From Octopus sinensis (lineage: Eukaryota): a stretch of DNA of 64,000 nt. Of this stretch, positions 24,601-38,797 are shown piece by piece. The DNA lies in contig NC_043010.1 of NCBI RefSeq assembly GCF_006345805.1, forward strand, positions 41,540,001 through 41,604,000, written 5' to 3'. The translations under genes were made by a program, and so were the position numbers. The first letter of the stretch is position 1, and each line of letters opens with the position of its first letter. Below the pieces are notes generated by a model. It worked only from the letters and a program-made list of their open reading frames with translations. It ran no database searches and was not told the origin of the DNA.

Positions 24601-26590
24601 GAATGTATTTATCTTTTCTGATAAACATATATAAAAACATATATAAAAAGTACATCTCTTTAAGTCCGGAAATATAAAATATTACAAATTCTACTCAAAG
24701 ACTATTCAAAGGCTGTCTGCATTAACCTTAAGCCTCTACCACACCTTCATTTCTTCTTAGGTAGAACCTGTTGATATCATTACATGCATGAATGTATCAT
24801 TTCATTTCATCTAGTTTCAGCTCACGAGCTGTGGCCATGCTGGGGCACCGCCATTCTGTATCTATGTGTTTCATAAAATTTATGATTGTGCTCAAGTTTT
24901 AGTTTCAAATTTTAGATTTTATGTAACAGGTCATGCTTCAGTGAAGTAAAATGTTGATTTACTGATGTTAAAGAGAAACATTGTGTGATTGTGTACATAA
25001 CAATCTGAGAGACAAGGGCTTTTTGTCACTACATGCCTATAGATGTGAAATTGTATATTGATAAGAGAGAAGGGGAGGACTGTGAAAGAATGTGGAACAG
25101 ATGTAGCTTATTGTATTGTAGAAAATATTATTTTTGCTGTTGTTTAACCCATGTCAAATCTGACTCAACAAAAAAACTACTATAACCCACTGCTTCTCTT
25201 GGATGTTGCATGTTTCTCCCTACATGTTTTTTTTAAAGATGGTAGGTTGCAATTTGAAAGATATTTTGTTGCTATTTCTATTAGATTCAGAAAGTGTGTA
25301 GTATATGCTCCATTTAAAAACAATGTAAGAATATATTGTGCATCCGTGCATGAAAATGTATCAGAGAAAGAAATAGATAAATAATAGACAGACAGAGGTG
25401 AGTGGGGAGAAGTAGAAAGTGAATTGTCATCATCATCATTGTTTCACACAGTGTCAAGATAAGAAGACACAAACACACATCTGTCTGTCTGTTTGTTTGT
25501 TTGTCTATCTATCTATCTATCTATCTATCTACACACACACACAATGGACTCTTTCAGTTTCCATCTGCCAAATCCATGCACAAAGCTTTGGTTGCCCCAA
25601 GACTATAGTAGTAGACACTTGCCCAAGGTGCCATCCAGTGAGACAAAACCTGGAACCAAACTTCTTAACCACACAGCTATACCAGTACCTATGTATTGTG
25701 TAATATACAGCCATGTCAGAAAGAATTTTAGATAATAAATAATAATGAATAAATGAATTTATTAATCCAATTTACATTGAATATTTTTTTATCAAATAAA
25801 TAAAGATTACAAAAAAAACTTTATTTCAGAAATTGCATAAAAAATCAGAGCCCCTTGGCAGCTTGGCTGATTTGGGCAAGTTGGCAGGGGGTCAAAAATA
25901 AAAAATAAATAGGTCAATAATTATAAAAAAAAAAGAAACATCTTTTGCATGCAATCAAGGCAGTCAAAAACGTATATAAAAAGTAAATCTCTTTAAGTCT
26001 GGAAATATAAAATATTACAAATGTTATAAATACTGTATAAATAAAGTTTATAAATGTGTTTGGTTCAGAAGAATGTCGGTTTTTAATATTTTGAAATTTG
26101 ACAGCGAAAAAATGTTTTTTTAGCTAAACAATAACAAGAAACAAAGAAATGTTCTGTGTAAATGTAAATTGCTTATGAATATCTGTGAATTGATACTTTA
26201 ATGTGTAAAAAAACAATAATATTGTACGTGGTACAAGAAAATGTAAGATCACACAATTTTATTTTTGATTATTTGGTTTGTACAAAAATTATGCATGTAC
26301 ATAACTGTATGCATGCGTATATGTGTGTTTTTTGTAAGTATGTGTGTGTGTGTATTTTATGTCTGTTTTACTATGTTTCCATAGGTCTGATGGTCTTCTC
26401 TGTGACATGACCCCACTACTTGTTGCAGTTCTTTCTCACATTCTTTTGGAAATTTAGCTCCTGTGATAAACTTTCACAAGTTTTCCTAGATCTTCCCTGT
26501 ATTTCCTTTTCTGAAATTTCCTTCCGCCTGGATTGGTGTGTACTTCTTTAATCAACCGACATCACATATTTGTGCAAGTTCAACCTTATC

Positions 26591-27701
26591 TATGAGGTGG
26601 TGTCAAAAAGTTCCTGGACTAGTTCTATAACATGCCAACAGATGGCAGCACACAATTGCATGTGCAGTGAGAGCTACCAGTGACCTTCATAAGACAGTGA
26701 GCCAAGTGGTATTGCTGTGTTTACAAGGTAGCGAGCTGGCAGAAATGTTAGCACGCCGGGCGAAATGCGTAGCCGTATTTCGTCTGCTGTTATGTTCTGA
26801 GTTCAAATTCCGCCGAGGTTGACTTTGCCTTTCATCCTTTCAGGGTCCATTAAATAAGTACCAGTTACACACTGGGGTCAATATAATCGACTTGATCCGT
26901 TTGTCTGTCCTTGTTTGTCCCCTCTGTGTTTAGCCCCTTGTGGGTAGTAAAGAAATAGGTATTACTGTGTTTACTTTGCATGTTGTAAAATTTGTATTTT
27001 TGTAATCACGTGTATGCTGTAGTCTGATTTTTGTCATGGACATGAAGTCAGAACAAAGAGCCAATGTGAAATTTTGCATTAAACTTGGGAAGTCTGCTAC
27101 AGAGACATTGAACCATACTTCAGCAAGCTTATGGCAATGAGGCAATGGATTGTATGCTGTGTTTCGAGTGGCACTTCAAAAGGCATGACAGAACCACAGC
27201 TCAGTCAAGAGCATGCTCATTGTTTCTTCGACTTTCATGCATCTAGAATTTGTCCTCCAGGGCCAGGCTGTCAATTGAGAGTTTTACTGCAACATTTTGA
27301 AGCATCTGAGGGAGGTCTTTCAGCAAAAGTGACCAAATTTGTGGAGCGCAAAGAATTGTATTCTTAATGACAACAATGCACTCTGTCACTGACCTCTCCT
27401 CACTCATGAGTTTCTCACCAAAAGCAGCATGGTATCACTTCCACATCTGCCCTATTAACTAGATTTAGCAGAAAATGCAGCTCAAAGGTCACTGGTTTAA
27501 CACCATTGTTGAGATCAAGAATGAATTGCAGAAAGTCCTTGACTCGCTTATGGCAAATGACTTCTAGGCTGGATTTCAAAAGTGGCAGGAACACTGGAAC
27601 TGGTGTATTGCTGTGCAAAGGAGATGATGTAAAAACTTAGGTAAATAAGTTATCTTTTATTTCACATAACTAGTCTGAGAACTCTTTGATACTACCTTGT
27701 A
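26591..27701 (+). mobile_element. Mariner-family transposon, internally deleted; SINE A nested at 26728-26958
   Basis: TA-TGAGGTGGTGTCAAAAAGTTC / GAACTCTTTGATACTACCTTG-TA TIRs; MDMKSEQRANVKFCIKLGKSATET; SINE TSD ggtatt(g/a)ctgtgtttac. Confidence 0.85.
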
Positions 27702-28513
27702 TTGCACACTACTTCTGATTTCCTCACATACCCATTTTTCTACATTCATTTGTGCTCTGACTTCCAGGACACCCTTTGTCACTGCTAATTTGGTTTCCTA
27801 ATTAATGAAGGCTGTTATCTATTTCTAAGGAGCTTTCTTACTATTTAAAGAATTTATTTTCAAGGGTGCTTTTAATTACTCCCATATCTGCTACATATGA
27901 AGTCCTGTTTTAATTTTCACTAATTTGCTATTTTGGAATTTTAATTTTTTATGTTAAAATCTTAGTCAATGTCACATTGAAATATCAGCTAAGTTAATTA
28001 GGACCAAATACATATCATCCTAATCATCATCATCATCATCATCATCATTTAACGTCCATGTCTATGCAGAACACAAACAAATCTCTTACTTTCTACCTCC
28101 AGTTACAATAATGGGTATTCCAATAACTCAATCAACTGAACAACTGTATTAGTATGTGACTAAGTATTCTACAGATATATATATACTCTTAATGTTATCT
28201 TCAGGCACACTCATCATAACATAGTGTTTGATAAGGGAAGCCCTTTGAGATGCAAAAATCAATCCATTGCACAGTTCCTTTCACACGGCATAGGTCAACT
28301 GGAGACTCTGGTAAATGACACTTACCCAAGATACTTCACAATGGGATAAAATCTCAGGGGTTTGATTTCATGTATGTTTGATGTGTATACACACACACAC
28401 ACACCAGCATACATGTCAAACAGTCCCTAAAAAACGAGCTGAATTCAAAGGATTACACCAAATCACACTTAACATATTACATTGCCCATGAGCTTTTGAA
28501 ATGAAAACATTCC

Positions 28514-28740
28514 TTAACCCTTTTTTACTGTATTTATTTTGAGATGCTTTGTGTTTCTTTCAATTATTTTAAATATAACAAAGAATTTAGTAAAATAACT
28601 TAGTTATCATTCAGCTAGTGTTAGGAACATAAATTGTGACTAAGGTTTGGTGGAAGATTTTAATACAGAACTTATGAAAACAAGACGTTTGTACTCAGAG
28701 CCAGAGGCAGTTACAACCGGGCTGGTAATGAAAGGGTTAA
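28514..28740 (+). mobile_element. piggyBac-type MITE
   Basis: TTAA-CCCTTT...AAAGGG-TTAA. Confidence 0.85.
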
Positions 28741-28897
28741 TTGTTAATTTGCCTTTGCATCACCATTACAATATTTGTGTAGGAATTGGCAAGCCCATCC
28801 TTCTTTACAACATTAACGAAACTAAAAATGTTCAAGTGCAAGTAATAAACAAAGTAAAATAGTTCAAGTGATAGTCAGTTGTAGCTGTTTCCTTCTT

Positions 28898-29128
28898 TTA
28901 ACCCTTTCGTCACCAACCCGGCTGAAACCGGCTCTGGCTCTGAGTACAAATGTCTTATTTTCATAAGTTTTGAATTAAAATTTTCCACCAAACTTTAGTT
29001 ACAATTTATGTTCCTAACACTAGCTGAATGATAACTAAGTTATTTTACTAAATTCTTAGTTATATTTAAAGTAATTGAAAAAAAAAATACTGAGCATCTC
29101 AAAATAAATACGGTAACGAAAGGGATAA
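28898..29128 (-). mobile_element. piggyBac-type MITE, inverted relative to its neighbour
   Basis: Reverse complement of the same family. Confidence 0.85.
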
Positions 29129-29902
29129 ATTAGTAATTCATTCAAGAAAAACAGAAACTACTCTCATAAATTTAATGCTTACATAAGCAAATGATTTATC
29201 TCTCATAAATTTAATGCTTATATAAGCAAATGATACATGAATACAGTTTAATGTCTTTTATTCACTAAATGAAACGTTGAGATGTAATACTTTTTGAAGG
29301 ACAGAGTGTAAAAGAGTTCAAATTACTTCCGCTAGAAAATGAAATCTTTTCCTTATTGCTTGAAAAGTGTTAATGACATATTTATTAATTAATTAATGGT
29401 TCAGAATTGACACTGCTCAAGCGTACAGATTCTAGTGAAAGAGTTAATTTTCACATTCAATTGGATTCAGTAATACTCTTGGGAAAGTTACACTTCCTCA
29501 TTTCCTTTTCACTCAGATTTTGCTGATTTCACTGAGAAGTTATTTAACTTCGTTTTTAGATTTGGTTTGTAAGATTCTTTATATGAGTTCGTGTGTTGAA
29601 GCATATTCTGTTGTGTCTGGGGAGAGTCATTTTCTTTTTGTGCCTTATTATTTAACACACTCACCAGTAAAATTTCCACTTTTTTTTTCTTATTTTTATT
29701 TTCCTAAAATTTTCGTTGCGTCTTGCAACCTTTTCAATAGTTTTGACTCTCATTTAATTCATTTTCCTTTTAGCAAAAGATATGCTTAGAGATGAAAACT
29801 CCATAGCCCACTAAGTGATATCTAATTTCTAGACAGATATTCACCTCAATATAATCTCTAGAATTCAACAAGACTATAGTAGTTGTCTGTTATAACATGT
29901 TG

Positions 29903-30203
29903 TTTGTTCCTTCTTGGGCCATGCCTGGCTCATAAGGGCCGGTTTCTCGGTTTCTTGGCGTATAGTTTCCCCACCTGGACGGGACACCAGTCCATCACAG
30001 GTGAGCTACAAGATGTAGGAGGAAAGAGTGAGAGAAAGTTGTGGCAAAAGAGTCAGCAGAAGTTTCGCCATTACCTTCTGCCAGAGCCGCGTGGAGCTTA
30101 GGTGTTTCGCTCATAAACACACACATCGTCCGGTCTGAGATTCGAACCCGCGATCCCTTGACTGTGAGTCTGCTGCTCCAACCACTAGGCCATGTGCCTC
30201 CAC
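29903..30203 (-). mobile_element. tRNA-derived SINE family D (head related to family C, different 3' body)
   Basis: Head GGAGGCACATGGCCTAGTGG..GGTTCGAATCTC; flanked by the gttataacatgt duplication. Confidence 0.82.
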
Positions 30204-30404
30204 CGTTATAACATGTGAAATCAATAAAAGAAAAGTGGGATGTAAACTGGCAAAGGAATATCCAACTTCTGACAGATGCTATGTTGCATGCAAGTCTAGA
30301 TCATACATACTAGGAAATAAATGGAAAAGCTAAACTGTTTTAATAGTGACAGAGGCAGTGTTTATCTCCGTGCTAATGATATAAACAAAAGAAAATTATT
30401 TCCC

Positions 30405-31072
30405 TGCTAACAATATAAACAAGAGTGCACTTTGCTCCCAAAAGCAAAAATGGGAGTTTGTCTCATGGTATCTCTGCAGCATAGTTTGTTCTCACAGAAC
30501 ATCCACATCTAAGTGTGATAAATATTGCTATGAGTGGCTGTGTGGTAAGTAGCTTGCTTACTAACCACATGGTTCCGGGTTCGTTCCCACTGCGTGGCAC
30601 CTTGGGCAAATGTCTTCTACTATAGCCTCGGGCTGACCAAAGGCTTGTGAGTGGATTTGGTAGAAGGAAACTGAAAGAAGCCCGTCGTATATATGTATAT
30701 ATGAATCTAGAGTTAAAATAATTGATTATATTCACTGTTGCTAACAATATAAACAAGAGTGCACTTTGCTCCCAAAAGCAAAAATGGGAGTTTGTCTCAT
30801 GGTATCTCTGCAGCATAGTTTGTTCTCACAGAACATCCACATCTAAGTGTGATAAATATTGCTATGAGTGGCTGTGTGGTAAGTAGCTTGCTTACTAACC
30901 ACATGGTTCCGGGTTCGTTCCCACTGCGTGGCACCTTGGGCAAATGTCTTCTACTATAGCCTCGGGCTGACCAAAGGCTTGTGAGTGGATTTGGTAGAAG
31001 GAAACTGAAAGAAGCCCGTCGTATATATGTATATATGAATCTAGAGTTAAAATAATTGATTATATTCACTGT
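30405..31072. repeat. Tandem duplication, 2 x 334 bp, containing a SINE B 5' half
   Basis: 30405-30738 repeated at 30739-31072; duplicated ORFs are offset by 334. Confidence 0.92.
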
Positions 31073-32090
31073 TTCTAAAACAAAGCTAGAAATCAATGTC
31101 TATCATTCAAAGGCAATCATAGGATATTTATGGGAGAGTTTGTGGGAGGGCTTAGGCAAGTTCAATTGAAGTAAGAAAATAAGAGTATTTCTTTGATTAT
31201 AAGTAAACCAAACTTGATAACTCAACTTTCTCTCTTTGCCTCATGCTCAGATGAAGGGCAGAGACTAGAAACATCATATTATTCACTCTAAATGGCAGCT
31301 GGATTTGCCCAAGCTCTTCTACGAGCTCATCTATGGGCTAACTGATGCAAAATATCATGAGTTTTCTGAGATTTTTAGATATATATGATTCCAAGTTAAA
31401 CAATCGGAATTTTCAGCAACCTTTAAAACAAATGCAAGCTCACTCAGTCTTCTAATTTAGATAAAATACATATCAGTTAAATAGTAAATTATTATTCATT
31501 TTTACCCTCTTAACTAATTTTGCATGACCATAATGAATAAGCTAATGAAATTGCTTCTGTGAGGTCACTTCACTTGCTAGAAAAAGCAGCTAAATCTCTC
31601 TTAGATTGCACCCTTCTATCTTTAAAAAAGAACACCTTGGATAGTGTTGTCTAGGTAAATAATGCTTTGAAAGAAATTGAAATGGTCGTGGCTGGATTGC
31701 CTTTGATCATAGGATTAGGGTTGATTAGGGCTAAACAACAACAACAACAACAACACTATCATAACATATCAGGACCTATTTTTAGAGTAGCTGATAGAAA
31801 TTGCAACGTTTAAGCTTTTTCCTAAACTTTAGCAACAGCGACATAAATTATATAAACTATAACCAAAAGGTTGATATAAATGATATACACTATAACCAGA
31901 GACTGAAACAAGTTGTAGAGTTGGTTCTTTTTAAAGCTTACACTCTACTATAGGTCTTTGACTTGGTACAATGATCTCTATTGACTCTAGAATGATCTCT
32001 GATAGGATTTGAATTCAGAATATAGAAATGAAACTAAACACCGTAGTGCATTTAGTCTGGTCCTTTATCATGTCTGCTTACTACCTTCTT

Positions 32091-32318
32091 TTAACCCTTT
32101 CGTTACTGTATTTATTTTGAGATGCTCTGTGTTTCTTTCAATTACTTTAAATATAACAAAGAATTTAGTAAAATAACTTAGTTATCATTAAGCTAGTGTT
32201 AGGAACATAAATTGTGACTAAGGTTTGGCGGAAGATTTTAATTAAAAACTTATGAAAACAAGACATTTGTACTGAGAGCCAGAGCCAGTTTCAGCCGGGT
32301 TGGTATCGAAAGGGTTAA
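32091..32318 (+). mobile_element. piggyBac-type MITE
   Basis: TTAA-CCCTTTCG...CGAAAGGG-TTAA. Confidence 0.88.
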
Positions 32319-34620
32319 AGGCACAAAGAAAATCTAGCTTGGGCGCTGGGGTAGGGTAATATAACAGACCAAGATACTTCTAACTGCTTGTACATATCCA
32401 AATCTGAAAAATTGGGCTAATTGCTAGGAGCAGTGTATTAGTGATAAGTTAGATCTTATTAGATTTATTCCTGGTTTTTAATTCTTGACCCCATTCCCAG
32501 AATTGCATGATACAGTAGACTTTAATAAGGGGTCACTTGTAACAAAGAACAGTAAAGCATATTGTTTTAGTCTACTGTCTTCATTATCATTGCTAATCCA
32601 CTGGACTTGAAGTATTGTAAAATGACATAATTAGCTTCACATTCACACTGACAGAAGCTAGTGTGGGATGGCATGATTTAATGATAGGAAAGGGAGGAGC
32701 CAGCATTTTCTATCTCTGGCAACTATTTAACATATAGCATCTGTGTTGGTTAGCTGTTTATGTTATATAAGAAAGATGTGATGAAGTCATTCTGGTGTAT
32801 GCATATGTACCATGTTGTGTGTGTATTTGTTTATGCATGTATGTGATTTATAAGGTATGTGCAGATGTAGAAGATAAGTGAGAGAGAGAGACAGAGAGAC
32901 AGCAAGAGAGAAAAAGAGGTGTTGAAGCTATGAAGCTATTTTGCTAAAAAGCTTACTCATAGCTTGTCATAGTAACCTAGAAAATAAACTACCCTATAAA
33001 AATAGATTTAAAAAAAAAGGAGAAAGAGAATGGAAGTTGATGAAGACTTAGTTATTATGCTTTACTTATTTATTTAACCCAGTAACCAAACATTTCTCTG
33101 GGAACCAAATAAGAAATACCAATTTTGACTGAGATTTGAAAAATACAAAAAAAGACTAGAAAACAGTAAAATAATCAACCACTAATTTTTAGAAACAAAT
33201 TCTTAACAGAGACAATATTTAAAAGCAGTAGTTTAATAAGAAGAATAATAGGTTGCACACATACAAAGCAGCTTTTCTATTTTTTTAAACTGTTGCTTTT
33301 AAATATTGTCTTTGTAAAGACTTTTTTTAAAGTGAAACAGCAACCTTGAGCTCTCAGCAGAAGAAGTAAACACCTTCCTTTGCAAAACTCCAAGAGAACA
33401 TGAATTCAACCAAAGCAAAATCCTTATAAGCCTGCTTCCCCCACCTTGTTTGACATGAGTGAGCCAATATAGAAGGAAGTTCAAGAATTTGTTCTGGAAG
33501 TAAGGCCATCCTCTGTTCCAGAGTGCAGTGTCTATACTATAACCATACAGTGTCTATAAACACTAAGACTCCCCCAACAACTGTGGAAGATGCATTCTTC
33601 AGCATCTTGTCCTGTCAGCTAACAAAATTCCTCTGGGACAATGAGAATATTTAAATATAAATACAGAAAGATGAGGCTGCTACACACACATGCACACACA
33701 CACACACACACACACATCCATCTATACATCTATAAGTCTATGGCTGCATCTTATTATCCTTTTGGCACATTCATTGATTAAGTTCTCTTCACTCAAAAGA
33801 TGCACAGGGATTCCTCTGAGCACTGATGGCAATTTCTAGAAAAAGTATTGTATGGATGTGCATAGTTTATTATGTATCAAGTAATGCTATATTTTAGGCC
33901 ACCCTTGTTTAGTCTCCATATTAGGTCTGCAAGTGAGGTAGAATTCCTCTTGTCCTTTGAATTGGAACTGGCAACATGGTTGCAATATCGATTTTCAAAA
34001 AAAATCCACAGATGCCCCTATATACACATATGCATCTCCTCTTGTACTTACTTTGCATTTGTATATTATGTTTTGATAATAATGTTTACCAGATTTCTTG
34101 GTGCATATTCAAAATAATGAAATGAACACTGAGTTTTAAAAGAAAAATATTTTTTACTTTAAAATAAAATTAAGTATAACCTATTTCTTATTTCTTCTAA
34201 CATATCTGTATTCCTCTTTTGCTTTCATTCTCTATCCTACTATTTCATGTAAAGTGTGACTGGAGAAATCAATCAACCAAATTTTCAACTAACATATATA
34301 TTAGCTATTACTATATAGGGATGTGTGTGTGTGTGCATGTGCTCGTGCATGCATTTGTATTTATATGTACATGTATATATGTGTATTTATGGTTAAGTAC
34401 TTGTAAAAGAAAATAAAAGTTCTCCCAACTGAAGAAGCATTTTGTCCAAATCTAAGAGAATCATCTGCCAATAGCCTACTAATGTAAAAAAAACTTTATA
34501 TTTTGCTACAGAAAAAGTATAACTTTAGCTGATGTGGAGCATCACCATTTTGTTACATTCTGGTTCATAGAATATTTTCATATGTATATATATATACATG
34601 TATATGTGTGTGTGTGCGTG

Positions 34621-34655
<35 letters not shown>

Positions 34656-34802
34656 GAGATGCAGCATGGAATTTTGTCAGTGAACAGGTCGTGGTTTCAA
34701 AATGACGAAAATATTTTGACAAATTAGATTTAAATGTGAAAGTGAATCTAACAGTTTTTGTGTGTTTTTAATGGCTTATAAACACCTTCTAAGCTGCAAT
34801 TG

Positions 34803-34837
<35 letters not shown>

Positions 34838-34850
34838 TATATAGATATGT

Positions 34851-35043
34851 AAAGAGAAAGTTCTTGATGCAGTATTATATATATTTGAAAGAATGAGTAG
34901 AGATGACTTTTTTGAGGGGATAAATTTTTATTTTAATCTTAAAACTTTATTAAGTTTAAAATAAAAATTAACCCCTGAAAAAAGCCATCTCCACTCATTG
35001 TTCCAAATATATATAATACTGCACTAAGAACTTTCTGTTTATC
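34851..35043. repeat. Imperfect palindrome (MITE-like) between microsatellites
   Basis: agaaagttctt..tgcagtattatatatatttg versus caaatatatataatactgca..aagaactttct. Confidence 0.75.
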
Positions 35044-35102
35044 ATTCTACTATGTATGTATGTATGTATGTATGTATGTATCTATCTATCTATCTATCTA
35101 TA

Positions 35103-35182
<80 letters not shown>

Positions 35183-36025
35183 TACATATAAATACACACA
35201 TATATATAAATACACACACACACACACATATATACATACATACATATTTATATGCATATCTTTATACAAACACAGATACATACATATACATATATACGTG
35301 TGAAGTTGATATCAATAAATAGTTACACGCACAATTACTTGCATATGACTTCTACAAAAATGTACTGTTGTGTATTTTGTTTAACACCCACCAATTCTGT
35401 CTGACTGCCAATCCTTTTTTTTTTTTTTTATTCGTCTCATGAAATTTCTCTGTTAGTTTGTTGATCTGCTTGCCTGCTTTGTAATATTCTGAAGGACTTC
35501 CTACTCAGAGATTTTTTAGAATAGTGTGTGTAGAAATCTGAGAATGCTGTGTGAACGCGAGGAAATATCAAGATCAAACCCACCTACACAATAATGTGGT
35601 GTCTGTTAGTTGGCTTCCTTTTCTTTCTCTTTCCTGTGTATGTGTGTGTGTGAGTGTGCATGCACATGTGTGCATGCGTGCATGTACGCACGTGTGTATG
35701 TGTGTGTGCATGCACATTAAGAAGGCTAATTCAAAACAGAAGCGAAAGGAGAGGAGGAAGAATATATGAAGAGATACTACTTTATTGCTGTGTATTATTC
35801 TTCAATTAGGTAGGTTGAAAATGGCGACAGAGTAGTCCTTAAAGCCCTTTGAGATTCCTCTAGGCAAGACGGATGCAGGAGCTAAGTGAAATAACTCAGA
35901 GTGGCCAGTGGCATGCATTTGATCTACATTTACTAGATGGCAATTAGCCTCTCAACATACATATTTTTTTAAAATTTCCATGCAAAAAATATATTTTTTT
36001 TATCATTTATTTTGAATCTGTATAC

Positions 36026-36412
36026 AATGCCGGTGGCACACAAAAAGCACCATCCGAACATGGCTGATGCCAGCACCGCCTTGACTGGCTTCCGAGCCGG
36101 TGGCACACAAAAAGCACCATCCAAACGTGGCCGATGCCAGCGCCGCCTTGACTGGCTTCCATGCCAGTGGCACGTAAAAAGCACCAACTAATTGTGGCCG
36201 TTGCCAGCCTCGCCTGGCACCTGTGCTGGTGGCACATAAAAAGCACCCACAACACTCACAGAGTGGTTGGCGTTAGGAAGGGCATCCAGCTGTAGAAACA
36301 CTGCCAGATCAGACTGGAGCCTGGTGCAGCCTTCTGGCTTCTCAGATCCCGGTCGAACCGTCCAACCCATACTAGCATGGAAAACGGACGTTAAACGATG
36401 ATGATGATGATG
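36026..36412 (+). mobile_element. RTE 3'UTR fragment with about 60-bp subrepeats and (GAT)n tail
   Basis: Matches 47000-47328. Confidence 0.85.
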
Positions 36413-38377
36413 AAGGAAGAATGAGTTCACAAATTATTTTGGATCAGTTATGAATTATTATGAAGTTACAAATAGAAATGATAGTTACTGATAGTTAATG
36501 ATAGAAAACAGGAATAACATCATAACATCATGAAAGAAGTATTTTGGGTTGGAAATAAGTGACAGATACCTCAGAGTACAGTGAACCTATATTTTCATTC
36601 AAATATATATTTGCTAAACATCTCTGAACTAAGATAGATAGGATAATATGTTAAGAGGTTAAGGCAGGCTACATTTGAGAAAGGGAGATATTCTCAAGAA
36701 TCAATAATTCTCCAAAATTGATATGCCATTCATAAAAGGACAGGCTTACTGTCTAGAGATAAGGACAGTTGTGGACATGTGTTTCTGGCTCTGTCACTGT
36801 CACAATTGCCCAACCTTCTCACCAATGGTCAAGGGACTTAGATTTATACAAAAAAAGGAGTAGAACACACTTATGGCCTAGGTGATTTGATTAATTTAAA
36901 CAAAAATGAGCTAAGAGAAATATTAGTGTCCTGTTTGAACTTTTGCTAAAAGGGACCTAGGGAAGAAGGAGATAGTTTAGTACTGGGGTGGTGTTTTTAT
37001 GAGGGAGAAATACAAAAAAAAAAAACATCTATACCTATTGGCTATGGTAAAAACAGCAGGGTAAAAGGATGGTATATATGTTAAACTATATACACTACCT
37101 TGTATATTGGTATATGAAAGAATATATATATATATACAAGGGAGAATTTTACTTAATTTTTTAATTGTTTCAAAAAGCAATGTAAAAGCTAGATTCTCAT
37201 AAATTAACTTTAGAGGCCAATTTGGGTGTAGAATGAAGCCAGATGTTTTGTTGTGAAAGGCATGGGCTAATTTAGCTCCTTCAAGGAAACAGTTGATAAG
37301 TGAAGAAATAGTCAGCCTTCATCATTTTATTAACATCTCAAATTACTTAATTTTATTCTCATTCTTCATTCTGTTTTGCTTTTTCTTCCACCCACTGTTT
37401 GATTTTGTCTGTTTCTTTATTTTGTATCTTGATTATAATTTATTTTGTCTGCCACTTTATCTATGGGTTTAGTTTTATCTGCAGATTGCTGAAAATAACA
37501 CACTGCTTTGGGTATTCATTCTCACATTGAGTAAAATGACAGTATGATCTAACAAAGGAATTGCTTCAAACAATCACCTGAACAAGCATACCTTACATCA
37601 AGGAGTTAGCAACTTCTTTGCCTCCATGGGCCGGATTGAGCATTAATGACAGATAGTGGGCTGGACGAAGGTCATGAAAGAATAATAATGGAAAATTACA
37701 CAAGCTAAAATTTAATCTCAAGTGTTGACTATACTTAAAAATAATTTATATTAATCACAGATGAATGTAGTAATGGAAAAACATCATTTATTCAATTCAA
37801 GACATCGTTGTAATCATTTGTTTAAAAAATCTTAAAAATACTTAGTAGCCAAAAAATTAAAGGGAAACCTGATGTTTTTTGTTCCTTAAAAGCTTCTCAA
37901 TATTAGACTTCAAACTTGTTGGTGCCAAGAGCAAAATATTATCAAGACGATTCTCGGTTAATCTTGTTTTCAAATTGTTCTTAGTTTGCTTCTATTTGAG
38001 GTCGACTTTGCCTTTCATCCTTTAGGGGTCAATAAAATTAAGTACCAGTTATGCAGTGGGGTCGATGTAATTGACTTAATCCGTTTGTCTGTCCTTGGTT
38101 GTCCTCTCTATGTTTAGCCCCTTGTGGGTAATAAAGAAACATATTTGGAAAATAATTGCTCACACTGATAAGTGCTTCCAAACAAAAATGCCAAATGTTT
38201 TTCATGATTCACTAAGTTGGTATCAGATTAATAGCCTTCACAACAATATCCATAGCAAGTTGTTTCCAAATTCCTGGCAAAGTGAATTGTATCATAGCGC
38301 TGTTTTTCTCACAGACAGTGCCCAACTGACCCTACTATGCTGTATATTTGACAAACTCAAAAACAAATAATGTGCAT

Positions 38378-38797
38378 AGGTGCAGGAGTGGCTGTGTGAT
38401 AAGTAGCTTGTTTACCAACCACATGGTTCCGGGTTCAATCCCACTGCATGGCACCTTGGGCAAGTGTCTTCTACTATAGCCTCGGGCCGACCAAAGCCTT
38501 GTGAGTGGATTTGGTAGACGGAAACTGAAAGAAACCCATCGTATATATGTATATATATATATATATATATACATGCGTGTGTGTGTTTGTGTGTCTGTGT
38601 TTGTCCCCCTAGAATTGCTTGACAACCGATGCTGGTGTGTTTTTGTCCCCGTTTCTTAGCGGTTCAGCAAAAGAGACCGATAGAATAAGTACTGGGCTTA
38701 CAAAAAGAATAAGTCATGGGGTTGAGTTGCTTGATTAAAGGTGGTGTTCCAGCATGGCCACAGTCAAATGACTGAAACAAGTAAAAGAGTAAAGGGT
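38378..38797 (+). mobile_element. SINE family B, full length
   Basis: Head, internal (TA)/(TG) tract and gtaaaaga tail. Confidence 0.85.

Noticed and set aside
24635-26021. About 55-bp direct repeat (near 24640 and 25973) as LTRs
   Set aside because: No TG..CA ends, PBS, PPT or internal coding remnants
26385-26457. Acceptor followed by SDG as a Kazal exon candidate
   Set aside because: No Kazal Cys pattern; stops in the usable frames
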